The notes under the pieces were generated by a model that was given only the letters and a program-made list of their open reading frames with translations, searched no databases and had not been told where the DNA came from. A stretch of 64,000 nt of DNA, taken from contig CBDBZU010000004.1 of assembly GCA_965213625.1 (NCBI GenBank), forward strand, positions 3,104,001 to 3,168,000, in the 5' to 3' direction. The DNA comes from a bacterium (GTDB lineage Bacteria; UBA8248). Numbering within the stretch: the stretch's first letter is position 1; each line of letters begins with the position of its first letter. The translations under genes were made by a program, and so were the position numbers. This document shows, piece by piece, positions 1 to 9,307 of this stretch.

Positions 1-243
1 CACCCCCTTAGGTATGTGAACCACCTGACCCGCTTTGACCTTGCGCGTTTCACCGGCGACTGTAAATGTAGCTTCGCCTTTCATGAGATATATAAGCTGC
101 TCCACATCATGAGTATGGTTCTGCTCCGTTCCGCCTTCTCTTTCGATATACAACATCATGACCTGTTCACCGACGACTAGTCTACGCTCCCTGCCCGGCA
201 TCTTTTGGGGTTCGATATCCGCCAGATCATAGAAATACTGCAT
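1..243 (-). CDS. Cupin-domain protein (partial, runs off the window start)
   Basis: Manual translation from ATG at 243: MQYFYDLADIEPQKMPGRERRLVVGEQVMMLYIEREGGTEQNHTHDVEQLIYLMKGEATFTVAGETRKVKAGQVVHIPKGV. HxH...E cupin motif 1 and G..V.IP.G motif 2; GGAGGAG RBS upstream. Not in the ORF track. Confidence 0.85.
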   Translation of the reverse strand, partial: MQYFYDLADIEPQKMPGRERRLVVGEQVMMLYIEREGGTEQNHTHDVEQLIYLMKGEATFTVAGETRKVKAGQVVHIPKGV

Positions 244-414
244 CCGCCCACTCCTCCTTGGTTTTCGTCTCGAATTGATTTTCCGATTGTTGACTTTTAG
301 AGACCCGAACGCAAGGTCATCGCAAGACCCTCCTTGCAATCACCCACTCATCATCCCTAGAATCCACACCTGCTGTCTCGAAACCTCCGCAGCTTACTTG
401 AGGATAATTAATTT

Positions 415-1827
415 ATGCATTCTGATATCCGAGTTCGATTTGCTCCATCCAACACGGGCCACCTCCATATCGGCGGCGCACGCACTGCATTGTTCAATTG
501 GTTTTTTGCGAAACATCACGCAGGCGCAGCTATTTTGAGAATCGAAGATACAGACCGCCAACGCTCTACGGAAGAATACTACGACGCAATCCTGGAGGCG
601 TTCGATTGGCTGGGTCTCGAGTGGGACGAAGGCCCATATCGTCAATCCCAGCGAATGGATTTATACCGAGAAACTGCGAAGAAACTCATTTCTTCCGGCG
701 CCGCCTATCGATGCACATGCACGCCAGAGGAAGTGAATGCCATGCGTGAACGAGCTCGTGCGGAGGGAAAAACACCTAAATATGACGGCACCTGTCGGGA
801 CCGCTATGACAAAGACCCGGATGTCCCGTTTTGTCTGCGTCTCCGAGTTCCTGATACGAAAGAGACGACCGTCAAAGACCTCCTCGCCGGAGATGTCGTA
901 TTCGACAATTCTCAATTGGACGACATGGTCATTGTTCGCACTGACGGAACGCCCACATACAATTTTTGCGTGGCAATCGATGACATCGACATGAAGATTA
1001 GCCACGTGGTGCGCGGCAACGACCACTTATCCAATACCCCTAAACAAATTCTTGTCTATCAAGCATTGAATGAAACGACGCCAAAATTCGCACACATCTC
1101 CATGATATTGGGGCCAGACAAGAAAAGATTATCAAAACGCCATGGCGCAGATTCGGTACTGGAATATAAAGATCGGGGCTTCCTTCCTGAAGCTTTGATC
1201 AACTACCTCGTTCGTCTCGGATGGAGCCATGGCGATCAGGAGATTTTTTCCAAAGAAGAAATTATCGCAAATTTCTCTTTGGAAAATTTGAACAGATCCG
1301 CCGCGATCTTCAATCCGGAAAAACTATTGTGGCTGAATCAGGAATACATCAAATCGGCTGATTCTGAATTTCTCGTCGAATCGCTCGATTCCGGACTTAC
1401 AGAACGGGGCCTATCACCAGATCTGCTAACACACAGAACACGCATGGGCATTGTGGATGAACTCAGAACGCGCTCGAGAACATTAACGGAAATGATAGAC
1501 GGCGCTCGTTTTTTCTTTGAAAAAGAAGTCGAGTTGGATGAGAAGGCGGCTTCTAAGTTCTTAAATGAAGATAGTTCGGCTTTAATTCTGAAATTGCGAG
1601 ATGAACTAAACAATATCGATAAGTTTTCAACTGAAAACGTCAAATCGGCATTTCATCACGTTATGGAAGAAGAGACCGTAAAGCTCGGCAAACTGGCGCA
1701 ACCGGTGCGTGTAGCCATTACGGGCGGAACTGTCAGTCCTGGTATTTTTGAAACGCTGAGCCTTCTCGGGAAAGACAGAACTATCCTTCGACTCAACACT
1801 GCATTGGCCAAAATCAATGAAAAGTGA
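415..1827 (+). CDS. gltX: Glutamate--tRNA ligase
   Basis: RFAPSNTGHLHIGG (HIGH region), LRIEDTD, CxC zinc knuckle, VVRGNDH, KRLSKR (KMSKS); followed by tRNA-Gln. Confidence 0.97.
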   Translation: MHSDIRVRFAPSNTGHLHIGGARTALFNWFFAKHHAGAAILRIEDTDRQRSTEEYYDAILEAFDWLGLEWDEGPYRQSQRMDLYRETAKKLISSGAAYRCTCTPEEVNAMRERARAEGKTPKYDGTCRDRYDKDPDVPFCLRLRVPDTKETTVKDLLAGDVVFDNSQLDDMVIVRTDGTPTYNFCVAIDDIDMKISHVVRGNDHLSNTPKQILVYQALNETTPKFAHISMILGPDKKRLSKRHGADSVLEYKDRGFLPEALINYLVRLGWSHGDQEIFSKEEIIANFSLENLNRSAAIFNPEKLLWLNQEYIKSADSEFLVESLDSGLTERGLSPDLLTHRTRMGIVDELRTRSRTLTEMIDGARFFFEKEVELDEKAASKFLNEDSSALILKLRDELNNIDKFSTENVKSAFHHVMEEETVKLGKLAQPVRVAITGGTVSPGIFETLSLLGKDRTILRLNTALAKINEK

Positions 1828-1841
1828 TTCCGGTATCGTCC

Positions 1842-1870
1842 TTGACGAATAAAGAACTCATACATATAAA
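1842..1870 (+). promoter_or_regulatory. Sigma70-type promoter for tRNA-Gln
   Basis: TTGACG (1842-1847), 17 bp spacer, TATAAA (1865-1870), 14 nt before the tRNA. Confidence 0.7.
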
Positions 1871-1884
1871 CATCTAGGTCTTTT

Positions 1885-1958
1885 TGGGGGATCGTCTAGC
1901 GGCAGGACACCAGACTCTGGATCTGGGTACGGAGGTTCGAATCCTCCTCCCCCAGCCA
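1885..1958 (+). tRNA. tRNA-Gln (anticodon CTG)
   Basis: TGGGGGA acceptor stem pairing with TCCCCCA, anticodon arm CCAGA-CTCTGGA-TCTGG, GTTCGAATC T-loop, encoded CCA. Confidence 0.97.
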
Positions 1959-2034
1959 TTTCAAACTTATGAGTTTCACATCCAGCACACGGGAATTCGT
2001 AGTTTTCTCTAATTCTTTATACAGGGAGAGGACA

Positions 2035-2691
2035 ATGGCTTTAAGAATCAATGATGAAGCTCCGGATTTTTCTGCAGACACAACCCAAGGCCCCATCAAT
2101 TTTCATGAATGGATTGGCGAGGGTTGGGCCATCATGTTTTCACATCCAAAGGACTTTACACCAGTCTGCACCACAGAGCTCGGGACCATGGCTGGACTTA
2201 AATCCGAATTCGAAAAAAGAAACTGCCAAGTGATCGGCATCAGCGTCGATGGGGTTTCAGATCATGAAAAATGGTCCAAAGACATTGAAAGTTCTCAGGG
2301 CCATGCCGTGAATTATCCCTTGATTGGCGACCCAGGACTTGAAATAGTCAAAGCCTATGACATGCTACCGGCTGATTCGGGCGACTCATCCGAAGGCCGG
2401 ACAGCCGCTGATAATGCGACAGCCCGATCAGTGTTCGTTGTCGGCCCGGACAAGAAAATCAAAGCAACTCTCACATACCCAATGAGCACCGGTCGGAATT
2501 TTAGCGAAATACTAAGACTTTTGGACTCCTGCCAGCTGACGGCCAGCGAGCAAGTGGCAACCCCGGCGAACTGGCAACAGGGCGAAGACGTCATCATTTT
2601 GCCCGCCGTTTCCGATGAGGATGCGAAGAAGAAATATCCGGAAGGTTGGGAGTCGCCCCTGCCTTATATTCGAGTCGTCAAGCAACCATAG
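2035..2691 (+). CDS. 1-Cys peroxiredoxin (Prx6 family)
   Basis: FSHPKDFTPVCTTE motif, YPMSTGRNF, ATPANW. Start chosen at ATG 2035 after a GGAGAGG RBS. Confidence 0.95.
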   Translation: MALRINDEAPDFSADTTQGPINFHEWIGEGWAIMFSHPKDFTPVCTTELGTMAGLKSEFEKRNCQVIGISVDGVSDHEKWSKDIESSQGHAVNYPLIGDPGLEIVKAYDMLPADSGDSSEGRTAADNATARSVFVVGPDKKIKATLTYPMSTGRNFSEILRLLDSCQLTASEQVATPANWQQGEDVIILPAVSDEDAKKKYPEGWESPLPYIRVVKQP

Positions 2692-2769
2692 CTGCTCTCG
2701 TGTCCACCGCAGCAAGTAAATGAACAAGTGAATCGAATTCGCTGATTTTTCATTTAGCAGGGCAAAATA

Positions 2770-2803
2770 AAAGAGCCGCGGCCGATTCTGGCCGCGGCTC
2801 TTT
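2770..2803. terminator. Bidirectional rho-independent terminator
   Basis: AAAGAGCCGCGGCC-loop-GGCCGCGGCTCTTT perfect hairpin between convergent genes. Confidence 0.8.
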
Positions 2804-2823
2804 ATACTTTCTAATGAAAAGGC

Positions 2824-3819
2824 TTAGTTTTTCCACCCTTCAGCTTTGATGGCCTCTTTCACCATGCTCAAGTCCATGCCTTCCTTGCGAAGATCCACTG
2901 TTCGTTTCGCTTTACGTTTTTTCAGAAGAACCTTGCCCATGTGATCAAACCATTTGTAATCCGCCTCTGATGGGAGAAGGCCAAAAGTCAGATCGTTCAC
3001 AGAGGCTTTCACTATCTTAAGCTTGATTTTTGAGCCTTTTGATTGCAAGTGGCTCAGGTACACGCGCGCAAATTTATCGCGATTATCTCTGTGCAATTTC
3101 ATGCCACGAATGAATCCTCTCAAAAACTTAGTATATACATCTCTGTCTTTTGTGAGAGTTTTTCCATTGGCCATGATTATCCACAGGTTGTTTGCATATT
3201 TGCAAAAAGTTTCCACCGTGCGGGCATATCCCCTGTCGATGGCTATGGCAGCTTGCGGGTTGTTCAAAGCTATCATATCCACCGTCCGGGATTTAAGTGC
3301 CGCCATGCGGGTATCATTGTTCATGTTCACGGTCGTGAAGTCTTTCACGCTTAAACCATATTCCGGCAGAATGAAGGTTGTCAGCGTGAAATATGTACCA
3401 GTAGCTTTTCCTACGCCAAGTCTTTTACCCTTCAAGTCATGCAAGGTTTTAATAGGTGATTTCGGAGATGTGAGAATCTTGTTTGCCTTGCACCAATAAT
3501 TTGCATTTCCGATTCCAGGTGCATTCGCTTTCTTTGATATAGCCGAATAAAAGGCACGATCAGCGGCGCCGCCGACATCCAGTGAATTCGACAAAATCGC
3601 CTGGCGCATCAACTTCCCCTGAGCGAATTGTTTAATGGTGTATTTTCCCTTGCCGATAGTCTGATTATAATAGCCCATCTTGTGAGCAACGATGGTGACT
3701 GCTCCCATAACAGAGCGATGGTGGCCGATGCGGAACGGCGCCGCACTAGCAGCAAATGCACTCAACAGAACTCCCGCCACGGCCATAGCGACGACAAGAA
3801 ACATGCCTCTGCGATTCAT
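2824..3819 (-). CDS. ABC transporter substrate-binding protein, SsuA/NMT1-like
   Basis: Signal peptide (AFAASA), SPIKTLHDLKGKRLGV..GT motif; AAGGAGG RBS before ATG 3819. Confidence 0.8.
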   Translation of the reverse strand: MNRRGMFLVVAMAVAGVLLSAFAASAAPFRIGHHRSVMGAVTIVAHKMGYYNQTIGKGKYTIKQFAQGKLMRQAILSNSLDVGGAADRAFYSAISKKANAPGIGNANYWCKANKILTSPKSPIKTLHDLKGKRLGVGKATGTYFTLTTFILPEYGLSVKDFTTVNMNNDTRMAALKSRTVDMIALNNPQAAIAIDRGYARTVETFCKYANNLWIIMANGKTLTKDRDVYTKFLRGFIRGMKLHRDNRDKFARVYLSHLQSKGSKIKLKIVKASVNDLTFGLLPSEADYKWFDHMGKVLLKKRKAKRTVDLRKEGMDLSMVKEAIKAEGWKN

Positions 3820-4033
3820 TACATAATCCTCCTTGAGATTCATGAGCCCGAAGGCATTTTCAGATGATAAAGCTGCAAACCCGCTATATGGGAACAAATC
3901 CCAAAACCAAAAATCTATATACTTTCGCTATTATCTGAGAACATTATCACACATCGAAATGCCTTTGCATCCCACTCCATGTGTTTGAAATTCGTCGAAC
4001 AATATCGGGTTTAAAAATTCACCCATACTCCCT

Positions 4034-5251
4034 TCAATCTGAGCCAACGGGTTCAGGTTCAGGGTGTCGATTTTGTAAGAACACTGCCAGGAAAACGCCC
4101 ACAAGCAAAACGATGGGGAGTGTCCAAAAAGCATTCAGCATCCCGATTCTCTCCCCAAGCAAAGAAAGGGGAATCGCCGTTAATCCAGCCAATATCCAGC
4201 CACCGCCGAGCATCAATGAGCTAGCGAATCCCCTATGTTCGGGTAGATACTCCTGGGCCAAGGCGACGGATACCCCCATCGGCACGAAAACTCCTGCACC
4301 AATGATTGCGAGTGAGATATACGCCCATTCCAAGGAAGTTACCTGGAAAGCCAACATACCGGCCAAAGCACATCCGATGCCAATGCTAATCACTTTGGGC
4401 TTCCCATACCGGTCGCCCATAATACCTCCGAGCATTACTCCGACAGCTCCAGAAAAAAAAATGACTGTGTTGGCCATACCGCCGCGCCATAGCCCCAAAC
4501 CTTTCTCGACAAATATTGTGGGTAAAAAACCTCCCAAATTCGCTAAAGTCGTCCCCCGTACAATAGCGATACCAAACAGGAGGAGTATGGGTCCACGGAC
4601 ATGTTTTAGCGATGCCAGCAATCCATTACGCTCGCTCGCTTCTTCATCTTTTTTCTTTTTCTGTGGTGGGGCTGGCATACCCAGTTTCACTCCCGCCATG
4701 ACGAGCACCGCCACGAGAATGAATACCCACAAATGTTCCATCCCCATCGTTTCCGCTATGAAGATGGCGATCAACGGGCCAATTGCAAAACCCAGTCTTC
4801 CTGCTGTAACGAACAGGCTGACGATAAAACCGGCATGTTCGGAACTGAGTCTGCCTGCTCGCGCGGCCATGTCCGGGTGACATAACCCGAAAAGGATACC
4901 CCCGATGATTACAGCGGCTGCCAAACCATAGACGCTCGTCACCCATCCTATCGCGGTAAAAGCAACGGAGCTCCCGATTAGACCTACGGCAAGCCAGGGT
5001 AACCAGGGCCACTTGTCGATAACTACACCGGTAATAGGTTGAGTGATAGAGCCACTCACAGCCTGACATGAGATTAAAAATCCGATTGTAGTGAGACTAA
5101 GCCCCAATTTATCTTTCAATAAAGGAACAAGAGCTGCAAAGAAATTCGCTTGGCTGTCGACAACAAAATGCGCAAGGAAAATGAGGCCTGTTCCTGTCCA
5201 AGGCAAAGTACGAAAGGATGGCTTTTTCGTATTTTGGGAATTTTTTTTCAT
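4034..5251 (-). CDS. MFS transporter (Fsr-like)
   Basis: About 12 hydrophobic segments, AHFVVD, QP..G...D, GDRYGK motifs. Confidence 0.85.
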   Translation of the reverse strand: MKKNSQNTKKPSFRTLPWTGTGLIFLAHFVVDSQANFFAALVPLLKDKLGLSLTTIGFLISCQAVSGSITQPITGVVIDKWPWLPWLAVGLIGSSVAFTAIGWVTSVYGLAAAVIIGGILFGLCHPDMAARAGRLSSEHAGFIVSLFVTAGRLGFAIGPLIAIFIAETMGMEHLWVFILVAVLVMAGVKLGMPAPPQKKKKDEEASERNGLLASLKHVRGPILLLFGIAIVRGTTLANLGGFLPTIFVEKGLGLWRGGMANTVIFFSGAVGVMLGGIMGDRYGKPKVISIGIGCALAGMLAFQVTSLEWAYISLAIIGAGVFVPMGVSVALAQEYLPEHRGFASSLMLGGGWILAGLTAIPLSLLGERIGMLNAFWTLPIVLLVGVFLAVFLQNRHPEPEPVGSD

Positions 5252-5253
5252 AT

Positions 5254-6252
5254 CTACCTTGGGGCCAGAGCCTTCAGCGTGCGCTCGACCGCTTTTTGAT
5301 AACTCTCATCCGCAAGCACGGGATCTATCATCAAAGCGGGCATATCCACTCCGGCCTCAAGAAAAGCGGCCAACCGCTCCCGGCACCTCTCCGGCGGGCC
5401 GACAAGACAAAACTCATCGATGATGGCATCGGTGATACCGTCTCTCAATGCTTTCTGGTTGCCTTGCTCGAAAGCTATTCTTATATTATTCGCCTCTTGT
5501 TCATAACCACTTTCCCGAATTGAATTGTTGTATGCCGGCAGTCCCAGCCAATATGTCAATGTTTGGCGAGCAGCTTCTCTCGCAATGGTGAGGTCGTCAC
5601 ATAAAAAAGTATGTATCCCAAGATCAATCTCTACATCACTAGGATTTCTATCCGCTCGTTTCGCGCCCCTGTCTCTCGCTTCCAAATAGGCTCCCATTCT
5701 CGATAGCGGAACCATATAAGGCAACAATCCATCGGCAATTTCTCCGCCAAGCTCTGTCATCTTGGGCCCGACGGCAGCTATGTAAATTCGGACCGGATAG
5801 TTTGAGCGCCTGAATTTCAACTCCTCGCCCTGATAAGTCTGAACAGGCAGAGGATATACAGGCTCACCCTCCAATACACCCTTAACCTCACTCACATATT
5901 TGCGCATATCTTCTAAAGGATTTCCAGGTTCGATTCCCATCGCTCTTATACGGGGCGGGTGCCCAAGTCCGAGACCTAGGATATAGCGGCCGCCAGAAAT
6001 TTCGTTAATCGCCACCGCGCCTTGAGCCGCCATGGAGGCATGGCGCAGATAAATGATAGCTACCGAACTTCCAATCTCAATTTTGGATGTATATGTCGCC
6101 ATCAACTGGTTGATGGCCAAGGTATCCGTCAAAGATTCTGTCGTATAAACACGATCATACCCTAACTCCTCACCTAGTCTGGAAACCTCTCCCAATCCCT
6201 CGAAAGAAATGTCCGCAAACGTGAGAAGCCAAAAACCAAGGCGATGCGTCAT
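5254..6252 (-). CDS. LLM-class flavin/F420-dependent oxidoreductase (Mer-like)
   Basis: EELGYDRVY, ISGGRYILGLGLG, IYIAAVGPKM..L.GEIADG, CLVGPPERC. Confidence 0.88.
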   Translation of the reverse strand: MTHRLGFWLLTFADISFEGLGEVSRLGEELGYDRVYTTESLTDTLAINQLMATYTSKIEIGSSVAIIYLRHASMAAQGAVAINEISGGRYILGLGLGHPPRIRAMGIEPGNPLEDMRKYVSEVKGVLEGEPVYPLPVQTYQGEELKFRRSNYPVRIYIAAVGPKMTELGGEIADGLLPYMVPLSRMGAYLEARDRGAKRADRNPSDVEIDLGIHTFLCDDLTIAREAARQTLTYWLGLPAYNNSIRESGYEQEANNIRIAFEQGNQKALRDGITDAIIDEFCLVGPPERCRERLAAFLEAGVDMPALMIDPVLADESYQKAVERTLKALAPR

Positions 6253-6289
6253 ATCAAACCTTTCAATAAATCCATATCTTTGAACATAT

Positions 6290-7051
6290 TCATTGGCACA
6301 ATCGACCACCATCAATCAGTATGACTGTCCCATTCATATATGATGCTTCATCAGAAGCCATGAATACAGCGCAATCGGCGATTTCTTCCGGAGTTGCAAA
6401 TCGTCCCAACGGTACATTACTCATCAGTTTCTCTCGTCTGTCTGCTTGCGTTTCCACGCGATGCTTCGTCCCCTCACTCAAAGTCGTTCCCGGAGCAATG
6501 GCATTTACCCGAATCCCTTTGGGTCCGAGTTCGGCGGCATGCGCCTTCGTCATTAGGTGCATGGCCCCTTTCGTCGCGCAGTAGAGGGAATTATTGGGTA
6601 CTCCCGCCTCTCCGGATGTCGAGCCAATGTTGATAATCTGACCCTCTGTCCTGGGGATCATGTGTTTGGCCGCCAAACCACTCAGAATAAACGAGGCCAT
6701 CGCATTGACCTGAAAGAGTGCAACTACTTCTTCATGCGTGACTTCTTCCACGGGCTTGTTGCATCGGACCCCGGCGCAGTTAACCAAAATATCAATATGA
6801 CCCAGATGCTTCAGGGCGCGCGCCATCAGAGGAGCCGCGTTCGCCAAGTTCGATAAGTCAATCCCCTCCCCGGCCGCCAATATTCCTTGGGCCTTGCAAT
6901 ACGCGAGGGTCGATTCCAAAGCAGTTTGGTTTCTACCACCCGCCAAATATAGTGAACATCCCTCCTCGGCATATCGTCTTGCAATCGCAGAACCTATTCC
7001 CACCGAAGCTCCAGTGACAAATGCCGTCTTACCCTCTAGCCGCAATCGCAT
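6290..7051 (-). CDS. Short-chain dehydrogenase/reductase
   Basis: TGASVGIG, YCATK (YxxxK), IRVNAIAPG. Confidence 0.93.
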   Translation of the reverse strand: MRLRLEGKTAFVTGASVGIGSAIARRYAEEGCSLYLAGGRNQTALESTLAYCKAQGILAAGEGIDLSNLANAAPLMARALKHLGHIDILVNCAGVRCNKPVEEVTHEEVVALFQVNAMASFILSGLAAKHMIPRTEGQIINIGSTSGEAGVPNNSLYCATKGAMHLMTKAHAAELGPKGIRVNAIAPGTTLSEGTKHRVETQADRREKLMSNVPLGRFATPEEIADCAVFMASDEASYMNGTVILIDGGRLCQ

Positions 7052-7065
7052 ATCAAGTGACCCCT

Positions 7066-7614
7066 CTACTTGAGCGGAGGTTCTTCTCCTTCCGGAACCT
7101 GAAGGTCAAAAGCGTTGAGCGTCATCGAGACGGTCGTGTAATGTCCGATGAGACCGATTAAATCCACCAGCCCACGCTCTCCGAAATGCTCAAACGCATT
7201 CTGATAAACATCATCGCTCACGAAGTGATTTTCATGAAGTGCAATGCAAAAATCATAGATCGCTTCCTCATCTGCGGCCATATCCGCAGGTCGCCTGTTC
7301 TCCTGAACCGCCTTGATGATCGCGGGGGATAACCCTCCCTTTCTGGCCAAAGGCTCATGCGCGTACCATTCATATTGAGAGTTCCAGAAGCGGGCGGTTA
7401 TCAAGATCGCAAACTCACTCAGCCTGGGCTCAAAGAGGGTGTCATAACGCAGGTATCGCCCAGTTGCTTCCAGTTTCTCCAGATAAGCCGGGCTTTTTAG
7501 CCATGCCAGAAACGGGCCACGCACGCCTCCCCTCGGGCCGGAGGCGATTTTTTCATATAGCATTCTTTGCGGTTCCGTCATCTTTTCTTTCGGGATTTCG
7601 AGCAAACGAGTCAT
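7066..7614 (-). CDS. Carboxymuconolactone decarboxylase family protein
   Basis: GPRGGVRGPF, LSEFAILITAR.W.SQYEW.AH motif; AGGAGG RBS before ATG 7614. Confidence 0.85.
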   Translation of the reverse strand: MTRLLEIPKEKMTEPQRMLYEKIASGPRGGVRGPFLAWLKSPAYLEKLEATGRYLRYDTLFEPRLSEFAILITARFWNSQYEWYAHEPLARKGGLSPAIIKAVQENRRPADMAADEEAIYDFCIALHENHFVSDDVYQNAFEHFGERGLVDLIGLIGHYTTVSMTLNAFDLQVPEGEEPPLK

Positions 7615-7830
7615 CGGTGTTAATCCTCCTATCGGTTTCAGGTGTACACGATCAGCGGAATACATCTGCTACATAAGAATTTGACAGGTTGCAAGGCGTT
7701 GCTTTGTTTGATAAGCAATTATTAAGGCTGCGGCCGGCGCGGCCAACTTGAATTTCTGGAAATGTACTTGGAGTGAGAGCCCCCACCTGTTTCATCTCTA
7801 CCCATTTCCAAACATGCAGGAGATCAGCAA

Positions 7831-8046
7831 GTGCCAGAAGGAACAGTGAAGTGGTTCAATGACGCGAAGGGCTATGGATTCATTTCGCAGACGGATGGTG
7901 ACGACGTTTTCGTTCACTTCTCCGCCATCCAGGGAGAGGGATTCAAAACCCTGGAGGAAGGACAAAACGTGAACTTCGAAATTGTCCAAGGCCCGAAAGG
8001 GCTTCAGGCGGCAAACGTCACAAAAGGGGGTGACTCCGAAGAATAA
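7831..8046 (+). CDS. cspA: Cold-shock protein
   Basis: [15 protein letters not shown] (RNP1), DVFVHFSAI (RNP2). Confidence 0.95.
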   Translation: MPEGTVKWFNDAKGYGFISQTDGDDVFVHFSAIQGEGFKTLEEGQNVNFEIVQGPKGLQAANVTKGGDSEE

Positions 8047-8066
8047 CCCTCATTCAGATAGAACCC

Positions 8067-8099
8067 AAAACGGCGGCTCTCACGGGCCGTCGTTTTTTT
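8067..8099 (+). terminator. Rho-independent terminator
   Basis: AAAACGGCGGCTC-loop-GGGCCGTCGTTTTTTT downstream of csp. Confidence 0.8.
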
Positions 8100-8203
8100 G
8101 TCTGCCGCTATACCCTTCTCCTGCTTGCGGGGAGGTTGAGCCTCCATGTTATAACCCGGGCGGTAGGACCATCCATTGAACAGATAGAGCAGAAAGGCAT
8201 CTC

Positions 8204-9307
8204 ATGCGCGACGTTATTATCATCGGTGGCGGCATCATGGGTCTCCTGACGGCGAGGGAACTCTACAAAGCGGGCAGGAGCGTCACCATCATCGAAAAAG
8301 GCCGGCCCGGAGCGGGCACTACCTGGGCTTCCGCAGGTATCATCTCCGCCCATGGGACGAGCGGTTCCGCCGATATCGCCGGTCTTCCGGGCCTCAGACT
8401 CCGGGCCGCCTCCGATGAGGATTGGGCCCATCTTGCGGAAGCCATCGCCGAGGAAAGCGGAACGGACATCGAATACCGCCTCAACGGCGTTTTGCTCATC
8501 GCCCTGGATGAGGAGGAGGCGGATTCCATCCAGGAAAAAGCCCGCGCGCGCGAGTGGGGCGACACGGAGTGGATGCCGCCCGATGTGCTGAGGCGCGAAG
8601 AGCCCTGCCTATCGGATGAGTTGTCGGGAGCGCTGCTCGTCACGGGCGGGAACCTCGAAGTCAGAAAGCTGGGGCCCGCGCTCGAGATCGCCTGCAGGCG
8701 GCTGGGTGTGGAAATCATCACCGGCTGCGCGGTGGAGGAAATCCTGAGCGATGACGAGAGAGTCACCGGGGTCCGTACCGACGCGGGAGTCCATGAGGCG
8801 CCCGCCGTCTTCATCTGCGCGGGCATCGGCAGCCGCAGCGTGCCCGGCGCCGTCCCGAGGCCGCCCATCACCCCCCAGCGCGGTCAGATGCTCGCCTTGG
8901 ACGCCCGCGCGCTGGGCTTGAAGCGCGTCGTGCTGACCGTGAACGACCCCTACCTCGTGCCCCGCGCAGATGGCCGCGTTATTCTGGGCGCGACGAGAGA
9001 GTTCGCCGGCGAGGACCCCAGGCTCACCGTGGGCGGCCTCACCTGGCTGCTGAGCGAGGGGACCCGCATCGCGCCCGGAATCGCCGCCTGCGCCATCGAG
9101 GAGACCTGGAGCGGCTTCCGGCCCACCTCGTCGGACTATCTCCCCCTCATCGGCCAGGGTGCGCTCGAGGGCCTCTACTTCTGCACCGGGCACGGGCCGT
9201 CCGGCATCGGGCCTGCACCCGCGAGCGTGAGGCTGGCGACGGCGCTCTATCTGGGCGACGCCCCCCCGCTCGACCCGGCGCCCTACGACCCGATGCGCTT
9301 CGCGTAG
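8204..9307 (+). CDS. FAD-dependent oxidoreductase, glycine oxidase ThiO-like (DAO family)
   Basis: IIGGGIMG, TWASAGII, PQRGQ, YLVPR.DGR, WSGFRP, TGHGPSG. Confidence 0.85.
   Translation: MRDVIIIGGGIMGLLTARELYKAGRSVTIIEKGRPGAGTTWASAGIISAHGTSGSADIAGLPGLRLRAASDEDWAHLAEAIAEESGTDIEYRLNGVLLIALDEEEADSIQEKARAREWGDTEWMPPDVLRREEPCLSDELSGALLVTGGNLEVRKLGPALEIACRRLGVEIITGCAVEEILSDDERVTGVRTDAGVHEAPAVFICAGIGSRSVPGAVPRPPITPQRGQMLALDARALGLKRVVLTVNDPYLVPRADGRVILGATREFAGEDPRLTVGGLTWLLSEGTRIAPGIAACAIEETWSGFRPTSSDYLPLIGQGALEGLYFCTGHGPSGIGPAPASVRLATALYLGDAPPLDPAPYDPMRFA

Noticed and set aside
395-425. dif-like site before gltX
   Set aside because: ATAA...TTATG spacing is 5 bp and the XerD arm does not match.
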